Source of the DNA: Octopus vulgaris
Lineage: Eukaryota
Direction of reading: 5' to 3'
Length of the DNA stretch: 64,000 nucleotides
NCBI GenBank assembly: GCA_951406725.2
Contig: OX597820.1
Coordinates: 80,352,001-80,416,000, forward strand
The translations under genes and the position numbers were made by a program. Under the pieces are notes generated by a model, which was given only the letters and a program-made list of their open reading frames with translations, was not told where the DNA came from and did no database searches. Below, in pieces: positions 12,711-27,483 of the stretch (position 1 is its first letter; each line of letters starts with the position of its first letter).

Positions 12711-15130
12711 TTCTTACCGCCCAGCTGGTGTCAGAACACCTACAATGCTAGATGTTTTATATATATAACACCCACGTATATTTTCATTACTGGTGACTTC
12801 AACTACCCTGAAATTGAATGGGAACCTTTTCATTGGTAATAACACTTTAGACCTGCTCTTTACCACCACTCCTAGAACTGTTATCAGTGTTGTGACAAAG
12901 GAACCTCTAAGTGACTCCAATCATGCTATGATCTTTGCCAATCTGTTTCTTGTAGGCAGAAACAAGAAGCACCACCACCTTCAAACCACTCGCTTTGACT
13001 GGAGCTGTTACCGTAAGGAGTTACGACACCTAAACTGGTTTGAATTTTACAATCCAGGGGATATCAATACTGATTTTCAAAATATCATCAGTGCAATCTG
13101 GACTGCATGTGAAGCATCACTACTGTACAAACGCTCTAGAAATAAAAACAATGTAATTTTGGGAGACTGCAGCAGTTCGACTTGCCAGGAAAGATCGTTG
13201 TAATGCTGAACAGAAATACACACAGCATAGAACAGATAAGAGCAGAAGAAGATGCAACAGATCATTTAACCGACTCAAGCAAGCAACCAAAAAGGCAGTG
13301 CTTGAGTTTGAACGATGTATAGCAACTGGCAACTAGCTCTGACAGCAAATTGTTCTGAAAATATGTGCGTTCAAAACAGAGTTCTCACTCCCTGACTGGC
13401 CCCCTTCACGATCCCCACACAGGTCAGATGGCTGATGACGCCAAGGAATGCACTGAGCTTATAGCTGAATGCTATGCTGGCATTTTTACTGCTGATAACC
13501 CCAACGTATCTTCTTCACCAACTCTGACATCAAATTCTATAACATCTGTGAAATTCACACCCACAATGCTGTGACACCACCTCAAGAATAAGCGCAACTA
13601 TGCCTCTCCTAGTCTTGATGGTGAAACTTATTTGCTTCTCAAACGCGGTGGCTTCTTTCTATTGCACCAGCTTTCTTCCTTTTGTCAATTCTGCCTGAAC
13701 AACTGTGTCACTTCAGAGCACTTGAAAATTACCGATGTTTTCCCCTGTTCAAAACAGGTGATCGCACATCACCTGTCAACTACTGTCCAGTCAGCCTTAC
13801 TAGCTGCATCACCAAACTGATGGAGTCCTGTGTCGGGGAAACACTCTGGAACTTTTGGTGCTCTCACAGCCTTATTTAGCCCTCACAATTTGGTTTTATC
13901 CCCAACTCCAGCTGCTGTAGTCGAGTTTCTTGAGAATATCACCTGAGTTATTGATGGCGGCTCATGGGTGGATACTGTCTACCCTGATTTTGCTAAATCC
14001 TTCAACTCTGTACGACACAAGTGGTTCATAGTAAAACACCCTGTAGTGAGTGTGAAGGATGATCTCTATAACTGGATGAAGTCCTTCATTCTCAGCCGGA
14101 AAGATGTAGTTACGGTTCTAGGACAACGTTCTTCACCCTACGAGATTACTTCTGGTGTACCACAGGTATCTGTTCTTGGACCCTTACTGTTGGTTGCATA
14201 TATTAATGATATAGATACCAATTTGAGGAATGTTTCAGTGCTGAAATATGCAGATGACACCAAGCTGTACCTTGAAATAAAAAGAACAGATCCTATCCTG
14301 CAATCAGACCTCGATACAATGCAGCAGTGGACCTCTGACTGGCAACTCAAGCTAGCTGTAGACAAGCGTCACCATGTTTTAGGAGGGAAAATCTTTACAT
14401 ACTCCCTCAGCAACACCAATCTCAAGAAGTCTTCTTGTGGACATGATCTGGGTATTATTGTAAACAACAATCTGCATTGGACAAACCACATATCTAAGAT
14501 TGTCAAAAAGGCTGAGGGGGTGCTAGCATCACTCTGTAAGACATTTGTCAGTCACTCTTCAGCTATCTATTTAAAATTGTATACGACAATGGTATGTCCA
14601 CACTTGGAATTTGTATCACCAGTCTGGAAACCCTCTCTTGCTCAGCATATAAATCTCCTGGAAGCTGTTCAGAAATGTGCAACAATACTCTGAACGTCTT
14701 GCATTCCTGGGCATGGATACATTGAAGCTCAGACGTCTGGCAACTAACTTGATTGACACCAACAAGATTATCCATCATATTTCCAACAACAACCTTGGGT
14801 ACCTTTTTGAATTCCATATGACAAACACTCACGGGCGTGCTTATAAAATCAAAAAACAACACAGCATCCTTCACTCTCGGAAACAATTTTTCATGCTCAG
14901 AATTGCAGAAGCATGGAATAAACCACCCGCATCAGTTGTTAGCTGTCGAGACACTACATCCTTCAAAACTTCCATTTGTCCTGAAATCCGCCAAAAGTAC
15001 ACCTGATGGCCATTTTCCTCCTTTTAGTTGTAGTGCACCTGAGCACTGTATACAACAATTTCCTTCATCATTATATATGTGTGTTGACTTTCTGTGCAAC
15101 ATTTTATGACTGTTACTCAATGTAATGTCA
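12711..15130 (+). mobile_element. CR1-like LINE ORF2 (APE endonuclease end + RT + 3' end), pseudogenised
   Basis: YRP, ITGDFNYP, NTLDLLFT, SD-H endonuclease motifs; NYCPVSLTSCITKLME; DFAKSFNSV; SGVPQVSVLGP; YADDTKL; many stops. Confidence 0.92.
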
Positions 15131-15473
15131 CACACCCACTTGTATTCCCACTCAGTGGTACCCTACACGGTGTTCAATATTTGGTACAAGACTTCTCTCT
15201 TTTCTATCTATTTCTCTGTCCTTCTCCTCTCCCCTCTATCTACCTCTCTACCTATCTGCTGCTTTTCTCTCTTTACTGCCTTCCATTTCTTCCTCTGTCC
15301 ATCTCTGTCAACTACCTACTGTCCATCTTTATTCCCTTATTTCTCAGCACTCTCTCTTTCTTCCTGCTTGCTCTTCCCTAACCTTCTCTACTCTCTTTCT
15401 TCACTTTTTTGGTACCAAAAGACAATCCAATTTTTTATCATCGTTTTTCTACTTGACCAGTGCATAGGTAAGA

Positions 15474-15665
15474 CATCATCGTTTAATGTCCATTTTCCAT
15501 GCTGGCATAGGTTGAACGGTTCAACTGGGGCCTCGGAAGCCAGGAGGCTGCACCAGGCTCCAGTCTGATCTGGCAGTGTTTCTACAGATGGATGCCCTTC
15601 CTAACGCCAACCACTCTGAGAGTGTAGTGGGTGCTTTTTTTACGTGCCACCGGCACAGGGGCCAA
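15474..15665 (-). mobile_element. SINE/short element ending in (ATG)n tail
   Basis: CATCATCGTTTAA..CCATGCTGGCATAGGTT..GGATGCCCTTCCTAACGCCAACCAC; near-identical copy at 63757-63950, related copies at ~48100 and ~51860-52085 (opposite strand). Confidence 0.75.
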
Positions 15666-15999
15666 TCTCCTGCCTAGTGCTCATTTCAGATCCCCAGTTT
15701 ATCTTTTCACTTTTCATTCTTTTCTTTCCTTCTAATTTCCTTCCCTCTACTCCATCTCTCTATCCTCCTGAGCTTCCTCATTGTACCTTTGGAACACAAG
15801 CACCACTATTTTCTTCCTTTTTTTTTTTTGTTAGTTTTTGTCATGTAGTGTCCCACATTTTGAAATACTTGCAATTTGTATTTTTACTGCTCATGTTAGC
15901 TTTGCTTGATACATTTCCAAAATTAAACATTTTAATGTGCAAAATATACTTCACATTATTATATATACTATGCATTAATGCAAAAAATATTGTGTTTAT

Positions 16000-16480
16000 T
16001 GGCTATCTTCAAAATAATCACATCATCAATGGAAAAGTTCAATGCCAACTTCCTAAGGCAGTTATGAAAGGCCATCAAGACCAAACACCCAGAAAAACTG
16101 ATGAATGGGGTTTTGTTTCATTAGGACAATGCTTCAGCACACAAATCCTTGATTTCAATGGCTGCTGTGTGTGACTGGCTTTCAACTAGTTTATCACCCT
16201 CCCTATGTTAGTGATTTGGTTCCTTCTGGCTATCATCTGTTTCCCAACATAGAAAAACACTCAGCTGAGCACCATTATCACTATGATGAGAATATCTTAT
16301 CTGTTGTTGATGACCATTTTGATCAACAGAAAAGCTTCTTCACCAGAGCGATCCAAGCACTGCAACTACTTATGGAAGTGTGTGGACAGTAAGAGGAACT
16401 ATGTTAGAAAATTAACTTCATTTGGTCACATTCCATTGAGAGTATCTTGTTCAGATTATGAACATTTCAGCCGACCCTCA
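16000..16480 (+). mobile_element. Mariner (DD34D-type) transposase C-terminal remnant
   Basis: FH*DNASAH and HPPYVSDLVPSGYHLFPNIEK resemble the mariner HDNAxxH and HPPYSPDLAPSDYHLF motifs. Confidence 0.8.
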
Positions 16481-16973
16481 TAATAATAAAAATTATTATT
16501 ATACCTGCATTTGTTTTAATGTTAACATTGGAAAAATCCACATTTTCATTAAAAAATTAGGACCTGGGTTTGCAACCCCTTAGCAAATTTTGTTGCTGGG
16601 CCACTGCATCAGACACTCGATTTAAATTTTCACTTTTCATTCTGTTTTCTTTCCTTCTGTCTTTAATACATTTTATCCCTTCTTTTTATCCTTCTCCTGA
16701 GTTCTTTTGGATATAGTTCCCTTTTAGCATTACTACCTATCATATCTTAAAGCCGCAGTATAGGCAAAAGGCCTTAAATATTGACAAATTTCATGTTTTT
16801 ATCTTGTCCTAATTCTGTCGTATTATCGAAAGACCTCTTGAGTGTATATAAAATAACACCTGTGCTTGTTTTTCCTGTATATATGTGTGTATATGTGTGT
16901 GTGTATATATATGTATGTGTGCGTTTGTGTATATACGTGTGTGTATATATACATGTGGGTGTGTGCTTGTATG

Positions 16974-17016
<43 letters not shown>

Positions 17017-17796
17017 ATGTATGAGTGTGTATATGTGTGTGTGTTTGTGTGTGTGTGTGTGTTTGTTTTGATATCAAGATTGGAAAAATCCACCTTGTTC
17101 GTAAAAAGTATTCGACCTGGGTTTGCACCCCCTAAACAAATCCTGTTCCCAGGGGCCACTGCCCACACTCCTTTTCTTTCTTCCAGCCTGTTCATCAGTT
17201 ATGTATATATGTATGAGTATATATGCAAATATGCATAGCATTTCCTTAATCTTGTGACTCCTTAATTTCGCTTTAATCTCTTAAGCTTCCGACTCATATA
17301 ACATTACATTATTATATTTTTCCAATATTTATATTTCATTTAATTCCTTTTATTTAATTTTAGTTTTATTTTTTATTCCATGCCGCCGTGAATTTCTTTC
17401 AATTATATAACTCTCCATAAATCTCTATAAGAAATTCCATACGTTTAATTACATCACACATTTACACTCCCTACATATCAGCTTTCTAGTTTATGGGTCT
17501 GACAGTGAGTCAAGCCTGTAAGCCTTCTATTTTTGTAGGGTATTTTTTTCTATTTAGGATATTACTTTTATTTTGTTTATTAATTTATTTTTTCATTTTT
17601 TGATAAAGGTATTTCATCAATAAATGGAAACCCATCTTCTCAAGACTAATGCATGACGAATGCAAACGCAAAACACTGATTAGCAACTCGGAAAACTTCA
17701 GGTCTGAATATATATTATTTTTCTCTCACTGTTTTAAGCCCGTTTATCATTTAATTACATTCAGAATTCCCGTGCGTGCGCGCGTGTGTGTGTAGT

Positions 17797-18120
17797 GAAG
17801 GCGTGTGGATTAGTGGTTAGCGCGTTCGGCTCCCGATCGTAGGGTCGTGAGTTCGACTCCTGATAGCATGTTGTATCTTTGAGCAAGCCTTTTTTTCATA
17901 TTGTTCCATCAGTTCACTCAGCTGGCAAAAATGCGTTGTACCTGCAATTCAAACGGGCCAAACTTATCACATTCTATGTCACGCTGAATTTCCCTGAAAA
18001 TCAAGTTAAGTGTACGCGTGTCTGTGGAGTCCTCAGCCACTTGAACGTTAATTTCACGAACAGGCTGTTCCGTTGACCGAATCAACTGGAACACTCGTCG
18101 TAGCCGTCGGAGTGCCAGCT
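17797..18120 (+). mobile_element. tRNA-derived SINE (third family)
   Basis: A box TGGATTAGTGG and B box GTTCGACTCC; related pieces at 21180-21360, 28690-28985, 32590-32895, 33500-33700. Confidence 0.7.
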
Positions 18121-18230
18121 TTTATGCGTAAATGTATGTATGTATATACCCATTTTTAAGACTGGTACGTATTTTACCGGTCACTACTAGGTTACGAGGA
18201 TGTAAACAAAATGTTGCCCATTGTTAAGCG

Positions 18231-18268
<38 letters not shown>

Positions 18269-18289
18269 GCATGTGTGTGTGTCATTATA

Positions 18290-19035
18290 CAGTCTTATTC
18301 TAAGATTTCTTGCTAACAGAGAAAGCTGGTTTCTAACCTAGATCCAAACTCCTTCATTGGAATTTCAACATCAACAGGGTATCTCTGCATATATTTATAG
18401 ATATAAGCAGCATTTGTATGTTTTGTTTTATGCATGTCTTCTCATGCATATCGCAACACGCTCATATGTACTTAAATGATAAACTTCTGGAAAGTTTTAC
18501 AGATTTTTACAGTTCCAGAGATGGAATCAACTTTCTCTTTTCTAATTTTGAGAAACTTAATTTCTCAAGATCGTTACTTAGGCAATGTGTTACATACCCC
18601 AGTGTCCCACTAATTACAGGTATAAACCTGACCTTGTAATCTGGATAGAGTAACTGTAGATTCCTCAATAGTTCATCATAGGTATTTTCTTTTACTCTGA
18701 TCTTTGGCCTTATGTTAACACCCGCTGGGTAGCTAATTTCCACCACTCTACATAGTTTCTTTTCCCTGTCCCAAATCACAATGTCAGGTCTATTATGCTT
18801 ACAGTTTATTGAGGTTTTCACGGGGACATTCCACCTGTACTACTTCTTATTATGAGTGGATAGTCTTCTACCATACTGTGGGTTCTTATGTTTTTTACTT
18901 CAGGGTTATCCTTCCCGCGGATCTCATTATACAGTGTTTTAGCCAACAATATCATGTTTCATCGGTACATAAAGCGCGATGACGTTTTCGGATAACTGCT
19001 TATGATGTGGGTGATGTCTTCGGTGTTAACTCCTC
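18290..19035 (-). mobile_element. 3' end of RLE-type non-LTR retrotransposon (same family as 4500-6265)
   Basis: HNRPDIVIWDREKKLCRVVEISYP...IPVISGTLG RLE motif; EDITHII knuckle remnant. Confidence 0.85.
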
Positions 19036-19085
19036 AAAGTCTGCATCAGTTATCATATTTTGATATTTTGCCTGCGTCTGTCTCT

Positions 19086-19118
<33 letters not shown>

Positions 19119-19812
19119 ATGTATGTATGTATGTATGTATGTATGTATGTATGCATGCATGTATGTATGCATGTATGTATGTATTACAGGGCATGGCGAG
19201 TCCAAAGAAGCTTTGTCCACTCTTAGAATAAAGAATTCAAAGATAAATCGAATGTTGTAAACGTTAAGAAAAACGCATACACCATTGAGTTGAGATAGAA
19301 ATATTTCGTAGTGTTTATTTCGTCCGACTTTTACAGACACTGCCTTGTCAGTGTCGCCATTTGAAATGGAATCAGAAAAGATCAAGAGAAAACGTTTGCA
19401 ACAACGACAGCGAGAGTTTTAGAAAAATAATTATTTAAATAGTTATAAAATCATTTAAAATAAATATAGAATTTTAAAATTATTTTATATTTTTCCCCAA
19501 AATACTCCGAAGTAAAAATTTACCGAAAGAGAACATTTTGACGCCAAAAGAAAAGCTTTGACTTTTAATTAATATTAATATTAATTAATATTATCGTATA
19601 ATTGCAGCAAGTTTGATTATATTCAACGTAATATATTTTCGAACTTACGTTTTTATTTTTTTAAATGACAGTTTGAGAAGGAAAACTAAAATTAATTTGT
19701 GTATTAACAGAAGTTATTTTATGACTGAATTCAGCTTCGCAGTCGTAATATTTCACCACCTAATTCTAACTGTCGCAACAACTTTTAAAAACTATTTAGT
19801 CAAATTTAGGTT

Positions 19813-20210
19813 CAGGCGTGGCTGTGTGGTAAGAAGTTTGCTTCCCAACCACATAGTTCCGGGTTCAGTCCCACTGCGTGGCACTTTAGACAAGTGTCTT
19901 CTACTATATCATTGGTTGATGGAAACTGAAAAATGCCCGTTGTGCGTGCGTGCGTGCGTGTGTGTGTGTGTGTGTGTGTGTGTTTGTGTGTGTGAGTGTT
20001 TGCATTTATCTCCCACCACCGCTTGACAACCGGTGTTGGCATGTTTACGTCCCTGTAACATAGCGATTCGAAAAAAGAGATGGATAGAGAATAAGTACCA
20101 GACATTGAAAAAGTAAGGACTGGGTTCGGTTCGTTCGCCTAAAATTCTTCAAGGCGGTGCCCCAGCATGACCGCAGTCTGTTGACTGAAACGAGTAAAAG
20201 ATAAAAGATA
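19813..20210 (+). mobile_element. Major tRNA-derived SINE with internal (GT)n
   Basis: Head GGCGTGGCTGTGTGGTAAG...GGTTCAGTCC; tail GACTGAAACGAGTAAAAGAT. Confidence 0.88.
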
Positions 20211-20677
20211 AATGTGTAGAGTCTTTAGAATGCATTGCGATATTTGTTTCGTCTCTCTGCGCCCAGGGTTCAAATTCCACTGAGACAACCTTGCTTCTCG
20301 ACTTTCAGAATCGATCGATAAAATATCATCCCTGAACTAATGCAAACCTCTCTGCTTCCACCTATCATATCTTGGATATTCTGCTGGGTCAAGGACGGGA
20401 TGGATGAAGAGATATCTGCTTATTCACACGACTACACGAGTTCCTACAATTATTTATGAAAGCATAACATATTCCAGCACCAAGTATACCGGTCTGGTCA
20501 TATTAATTTGTTTTATTCACTGCCTATGACACCCTAGGACTAGCAAAATCGATTAAGTCGAGGAACATTCAGATCAATAACATAAAATGATTTATAACAT
20601 ATATAATGATTATAACATGCATATACATATATATATATATATATATAATAAATATATATATACATATAATAATATAT

Positions 20678-20787
<110 letters not shown>

Positions 20788-20788
20788 G

Positions 20789-21097
20789 TAAAAAAAAGGA
20801 AATGGAGAGAATGCTGACAAAATAATTTAAGTAAGGGAGAGCGTATTAAATTAGCTGAAAGTTCTTTTTACCGGTTGCGCATTTGTTATGCTTATCAAAA
20901 GATATTTTTTAAGAGAGATAGACTTCCTTTCTGATAGATTTTTTTCTCTTATCAGAAAGGAACTCTATCTCTCTTAAAAAAATATCTTTTGATAAGCATA
21001 ACAAATGCACAACCGGTAAAAGAACTTTCACCTAATTTAATACTCTCCTTACTTAAATTATTTTGTCAGCATTTTCTTCATTTCCTTTTTTTATATA
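20789..21097. repeat. ~300-bp near-perfect inverted repeat (fold-back) between (TA)n arrays
   Basis: 20789-20937 is the reverse complement of ~20950-21097 with few mismatches. Confidence 0.93.
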
Positions 21098-21126
21098 ACA
21101 CAACTCGTGTTCCACATCTCCTTTTT

Positions 21127-21176
<50 letters not shown>

Positions 21177-21179
21177 GTG

Positions 21180-21360
21180 GATGCAGGAGAAAAGAGTGGG
21201 AGAAAATTGTGGCGAAAAGTCAGCAGAAGTTCGTCATTACCTTCTGCGTGGAGTTTATGTGTTTCGCTCATAAACCCACACATCGACCGGTCTGAAATTC
21301 GAACTTGCGATCCCTTGACCACGAGCTCGCTGCCCTAACCACTAGGCCATGTGCCTCTGA
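21180..21360 (-). mobile_element. tRNA-derived SINE (third family) 5' part
   Basis: Reverse complement has TGGCCTAGTGGTTAG A box and GTTCGAATT B box. Confidence 0.7.
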
Positions 21361-21432
21361 GCGCTATACTAATACATCTGTTTGTTTGTACACCACCTGC
21401 CTTCGTCTTTTGTTTATTTTCGTAAACTTTCC

Positions 21433-21474
<42 letters not shown>

Positions 21475-21477
21475 TCG

Positions 21478-21670
21478 TTTACTTGTTTCAGTCATTTGAC
21501 TGCGGTCATGCTGGAGTACCACCTTTAGTCGAGCAAATCGACACCGAGACTTAGCCTTTGTAAACCTAGTACTCATTCTATCGGTTCTTTTGCAGAATCG
21601 CTAAGTTACGCGGACGTAAAACACCACCATCGGTTGGCAAGCAATGTTGGGGGCATAAAGACACACAAAC
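21478..21670 (-). mobile_element. Major SINE 3' half
   Basis: Reverse complement of the tail region of 21817-22262. Confidence 0.85.
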
Positions 21671-21688
21671 ATATACACACATATACAT

Positions 21689-22262
<574 letters not shown>

Positions 22263-22440
22263 AGTATATATGTATATATATACATACATATATATGACAG
22301 ACTTCTTTCAGTTTCCGTCTTCCAAATCCACCCACAAGGCTTTGGTCGACCCGAGGCTATAGTAGAAGACTATATATCTAATTAGTGTATGTGTACATAT
22401 ATATATGTATATATATATATATATATATATACATATATAT

Positions 22441-23357
<917 letters not shown>

Positions 23358-24341
23358 CAGTATATGACTTAACTTCTTAAACAAAATTCAAGAAATTAAG
23401 TCATATTTATGAAAAAAGGCGATTGGATGTTAAAATACATAGGTTTTTTTTTCATACTTATCGCGTTAAGGGTTTATATATTCATTCTTCCAGTCATGCT
23501 TATTTGAATCTAGACTAAAATATAATAGGACTTGACTGCTAATATAAGTCTAATGTTTAATTTTATTTCCTCTCTATGTACTTCAGTATATATCTCTATC
23601 TAAAATTTATTAAACATTTTTTTTTCCTGATCAAGCTGTATTTGTATGTACGTTCGGAATTACCAAATAAGGAGCTATATGTTATTCCCAATTCATATTT
23701 AATATTTCTGAACCTTCAACTCTCATTTCGACTAAGAGTTTAAGTAAATAGGTCGTTGGTAGAGGATTTGAGAATAATTGATAGTTTATATAGTTTTTTT
23801 TTTTTATTTTAGTAGTTTTTTAATAAATAATAGATCAATCATTTATAGACAAAAATAAGTGTTAAATGTCGTAATTAATCATTTAACCACAGCTTGATAT
23901 ATTAAAAAAAGAATTTTACGAAATATATACAATATGAGTAAAGATGTATAAAAGGGAACTACTTATGAATAATAATATAATCAGATATTGAGTTATTTTG
24001 TATGTAAGATAAGTTTTATTGTGTTGATGTAGGAGGAAAATAATTGTTGTTTTTATTTTTATAGAGAGGAAATCAAAATGAAAATAAAAGATGGTGTGAG
24101 TTATTTGGTAATATAGGGGAAACAACAATTGTTATACCTGTATATTCTCAAATAATATAATTTTGCTTACACAGACATACATAGATTTACATATACATAC
24201 GTAAATACACATACACACTGATATAGAAATAGGTACACATATACTTATCTGTATATACACTCGTACACCCATATATGTATATACACATTCACCCATACAC
24301 ATGCGTGCCAATTCCTATATACACATCCTTAAATACATACA

Positions 24342-24400
<59 letters not shown>

Positions 24401-24500
24401 ATATATATATATAAACATATATATATATACACATACACCCGTGTGTCCATTCCTATGTGCACATCCATATATATATATGCGAATGGTTTTGTTATACGGC

Positions 24501-24557
<57 letters not shown>

Positions 24558-24569
24558 ATGTAAAAAAAT

Positions 24570-24900
24570 ACAAACTGGGACAAGAACGCAAAACATTTAG
24601 AAGACGATACAAAAAACACGGACGGGACATTCGAAGCCTTCAATCTTCAGTCAAGAACTGGATCATCTTCGCAATTTCGGCTGATTAATCTTGAGATTGC
24701 TCCGACCTGGCCAGCCCCAAAGTAAAATCTAAGCCAAGCGCATTAGATTCCTTGGAAGAAAGCCTCGAATGTATACAAAACAAGGACGGGAACGAATAAG
24801 TATACAAAAATACGTAAAAATAATAATGATAACACGAATAAGAATACGAAAATACGTAAAAACAACAATGATAATAATAATAACAAAAACAGGACGTCAC
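24570..24900. mobile_element. Unclassified dispersed repeat next to (TA)n
   Basis: GGGACAAGAACGCAAAACAT...GCAATTTCGGCTG...TTAGATTCCTTGGAAGAAAG shared with 32010-32280, 37555-37820 and partly 61830-61900. Confidence 0.75.
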
Positions 24901-25214
24901 AGACAGGCGTCTTTTCGACAGGACGGGTGAACTTAAGCTGGCACATTGGAAAAATGCCTTGAGGCGAAGAGAGAAAAAGAAAGTGTCTAGCCTCGGCGGC
25001 TGGTAACCACAAAAAGGACAGACAGCAGTCCAAAGTTAGTCACGTGATATAAACACACTTACGTTGAAAGTCAAGAAACAAAGTTTGCTTTAGAAGCGTT
25101 GAGATATATTGAAAGATACAGATAAGGAAATAATTTTATTCTCAAACGCAGGATAATGCTAATAACAGAGCATGAAGAGGATAAGCTATCCATATTTTGC
25201 AAAAAATCTATCGG

Positions 25215-25288
25215 TAGCCAGCCATGAGACTCGAACTCACATCACTGTGATTACGCGTCAAGTGCTTTATCATTAAGCTAAACTGCTT
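25215..25288 (-). pseudogene. tRNA-like pseudogene/SINE head (CGT at the anticodon position, Thr-like)
   Basis: TAGCTTAATG A box, GTTCGAGTC B box, TGAG/CTCA T stem; acceptor and anticodon stems imperfect. Confidence 0.5.
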
Positions 25289-26390
25289 CAGCAATTTTAG
25301 GACATATAATCCTAACTTTGAAAGTCAACAAAGTTTGCTTTAGAAATGTTGAGATGTTTGTGCTAGTTGTTAGTTTTAGTTTAGCCCTTAAAGAATAGTT
25401 ATATGATCTAGTTTCAGCAGGCTTTCTAGTTTAGAGGATGTAAAGTTTTATAGAATAAGTACTCGGATCGATTCGTTCAACGGAAATTCCTCAAAGTGGT
25501 GCCCCAGCATGGCCGCAGTCCGATCACTGAAGCAAGTGAAATTATCAAAAATAGAGAATTGTTTAGTTTAGAGTCAAGAATGCTATTTCTTTTGTCGATT
25601 GTTAGATATCCATAAATATTATAGCGAAGTTGTTTATTAACAACATGGAGCTATGAGATTGCAGTGTGTCTCATTAAATTATTTTCCACTAAAAGATCTG
25701 TTAAAACTTCGTGAGAGTCTTACCAAGAAACTTTCAACGCTATGTCAGACCAGTTGTATTTACAGTTTGTTTGGAACCGATCTCTTATACGGCTTAATTA
25801 TCTAATTAACAAGAATAATTAATACCATTTTTTTTTTGTTTCTTGTTTTTTCACCTTCTGTCTATGATTTGTTATTATCTGTAGATAATTAGCATAAAAA
25901 GAGAAATATATTATTGATTTTGTAAAAAACTTTTGCTGAAAGACAGAATTAATCAAAATATTGTTTTTCTTTTGATATTTATTTTCCCTTTGGAAATGTC
26001 TTAGAAGAATGGAAATCCAAAATGTTCAATACCATGATTTGTCAAAAATTACCAAATATTTTTTCAGTAAATACCATGACATTTACAAATCATATGATCT
26101 TAATCATCATTAGCAAAGACAGATTTATTCATACATACATACACACATACATATTATACATAATATATAAATATTACACACATACATATGCATCTATGTA
26201 TGTATACATGCACACGCGTTTCTTTTTGCAGATATATATATATATATATATACAACTTATAAACAAGGGCAAAAGAAAATTCTAATGCCAAATATGCCGA
26301 AAATAGACAAATCGTCAATAACCATATAATTCATAACTATAAGCACGCGTCTCGAAGTAAACCTACATAAATTTCAAAAAAATTCCGTTA

Positions 26391-26451
26391 TTATCATATC
26401 GGCCCCGATTTCAGAGTTAATTCATAAGAATTTTCTCCTCGTCAGTGATAA
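26391..26451 (-). ncRNA. Type I hammerhead ribozyme motif, intact core
   Basis: Minus strand: TTATCA-CTGACGA-GGAG..AATTC/GAATT..CTCT-GAAA-TCGG GG CCGA-TA-TGATAA; all three stems pair; cleavage triplet AUA. Confidence 0.8.
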
Positions 26452-26470
26452 ATACGGTAAGAAATAAATA

Positions 26471-26508
26471 AAATACTTACTTATACCCATGGGTATAAGT
26501 AAGTATTT
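26471..26508. repeat. Perfect 38-bp palindrome
   Basis: AAATACTTACTTATACCCA|TGGGTATAAGTAAGTATTT. Confidence 0.95.
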
Positions 26509-27229
26509 CATTTGTACTCAGTTTAGAGTACAATTACATCTCAACAGTTCTGTTAAAGCCTGGTTATAAAATACCAACTCAGACCATCGTATTCACTTCA
26601 CGGTAGATGTGACATTTTGCTTTCATATTCCAACTATTAACTTGTCTATATGAAATAACGTTGTTTACTTATTTCATTTTCAAAGAACCATGATCAAAAT
26701 GTTTAGAATAAATAATGATTTACTTCTTTATATGCAATTCTTTATTCCGAACAAATATGAATAAATTTTATTCAGGTTTCTTTGAAGTATATAGATAAGA
26801 ATGGTATAATGGAGACTTATTAATATTCATCGTCAATTTCCGATGCCAAGTGTTTTGGCACGCTTGCGTTGGTTTTGATTTCCCGTTAATATGGCGGCCA
26901 TGATCATTCGTGAAAATAAACCACCGCTTTTTACTTATCTTAACGCTTTTTACTTATGTGAACATTAGACGAATGGTATCATAATCGTAAACGTTATGTA
27001 GAGTTAATATGATCTCATGGTCTACAGTTTTAACTACCTGAAGCTGATAATATTATGAAAAAGCGATGTTCTTTCACTTATTCAATAATTCTAGTCACTG
27101 AAGTGCAAACATGCGATGGGCGATTCCAGTACCTTGGTAATCATCTTCATTGATTTCGGAACAGAACGAGAAACACAGACGACCAGGTATTTGTGTGTGT
27201 ATGTGCGTGTGTGCGTGTGTGTATGTGTG

Positions 27230-27263
<34 letters not shown>

Positions 27264-27333
27264 CATACATACATACATACATACATACATACATACCTAC
27301 ACTCATTCATACATACATACATACATACATACA

Positions 27334-27367
<34 letters not shown>

Positions 27368-27483
27368 CATACATACATATATACACATAAACATATGAAG
27401 ATGCGCAAACATAAAATATATCATACATACATATATATGCACCCACTGTGTGTCTATGTGTGTGTATGCATGTATGTTTTATT

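Noticed and set aside
16781-17238. CV/YI/HT-rich ORFs here and throughout the window
   Set aside because: Microsatellite translations
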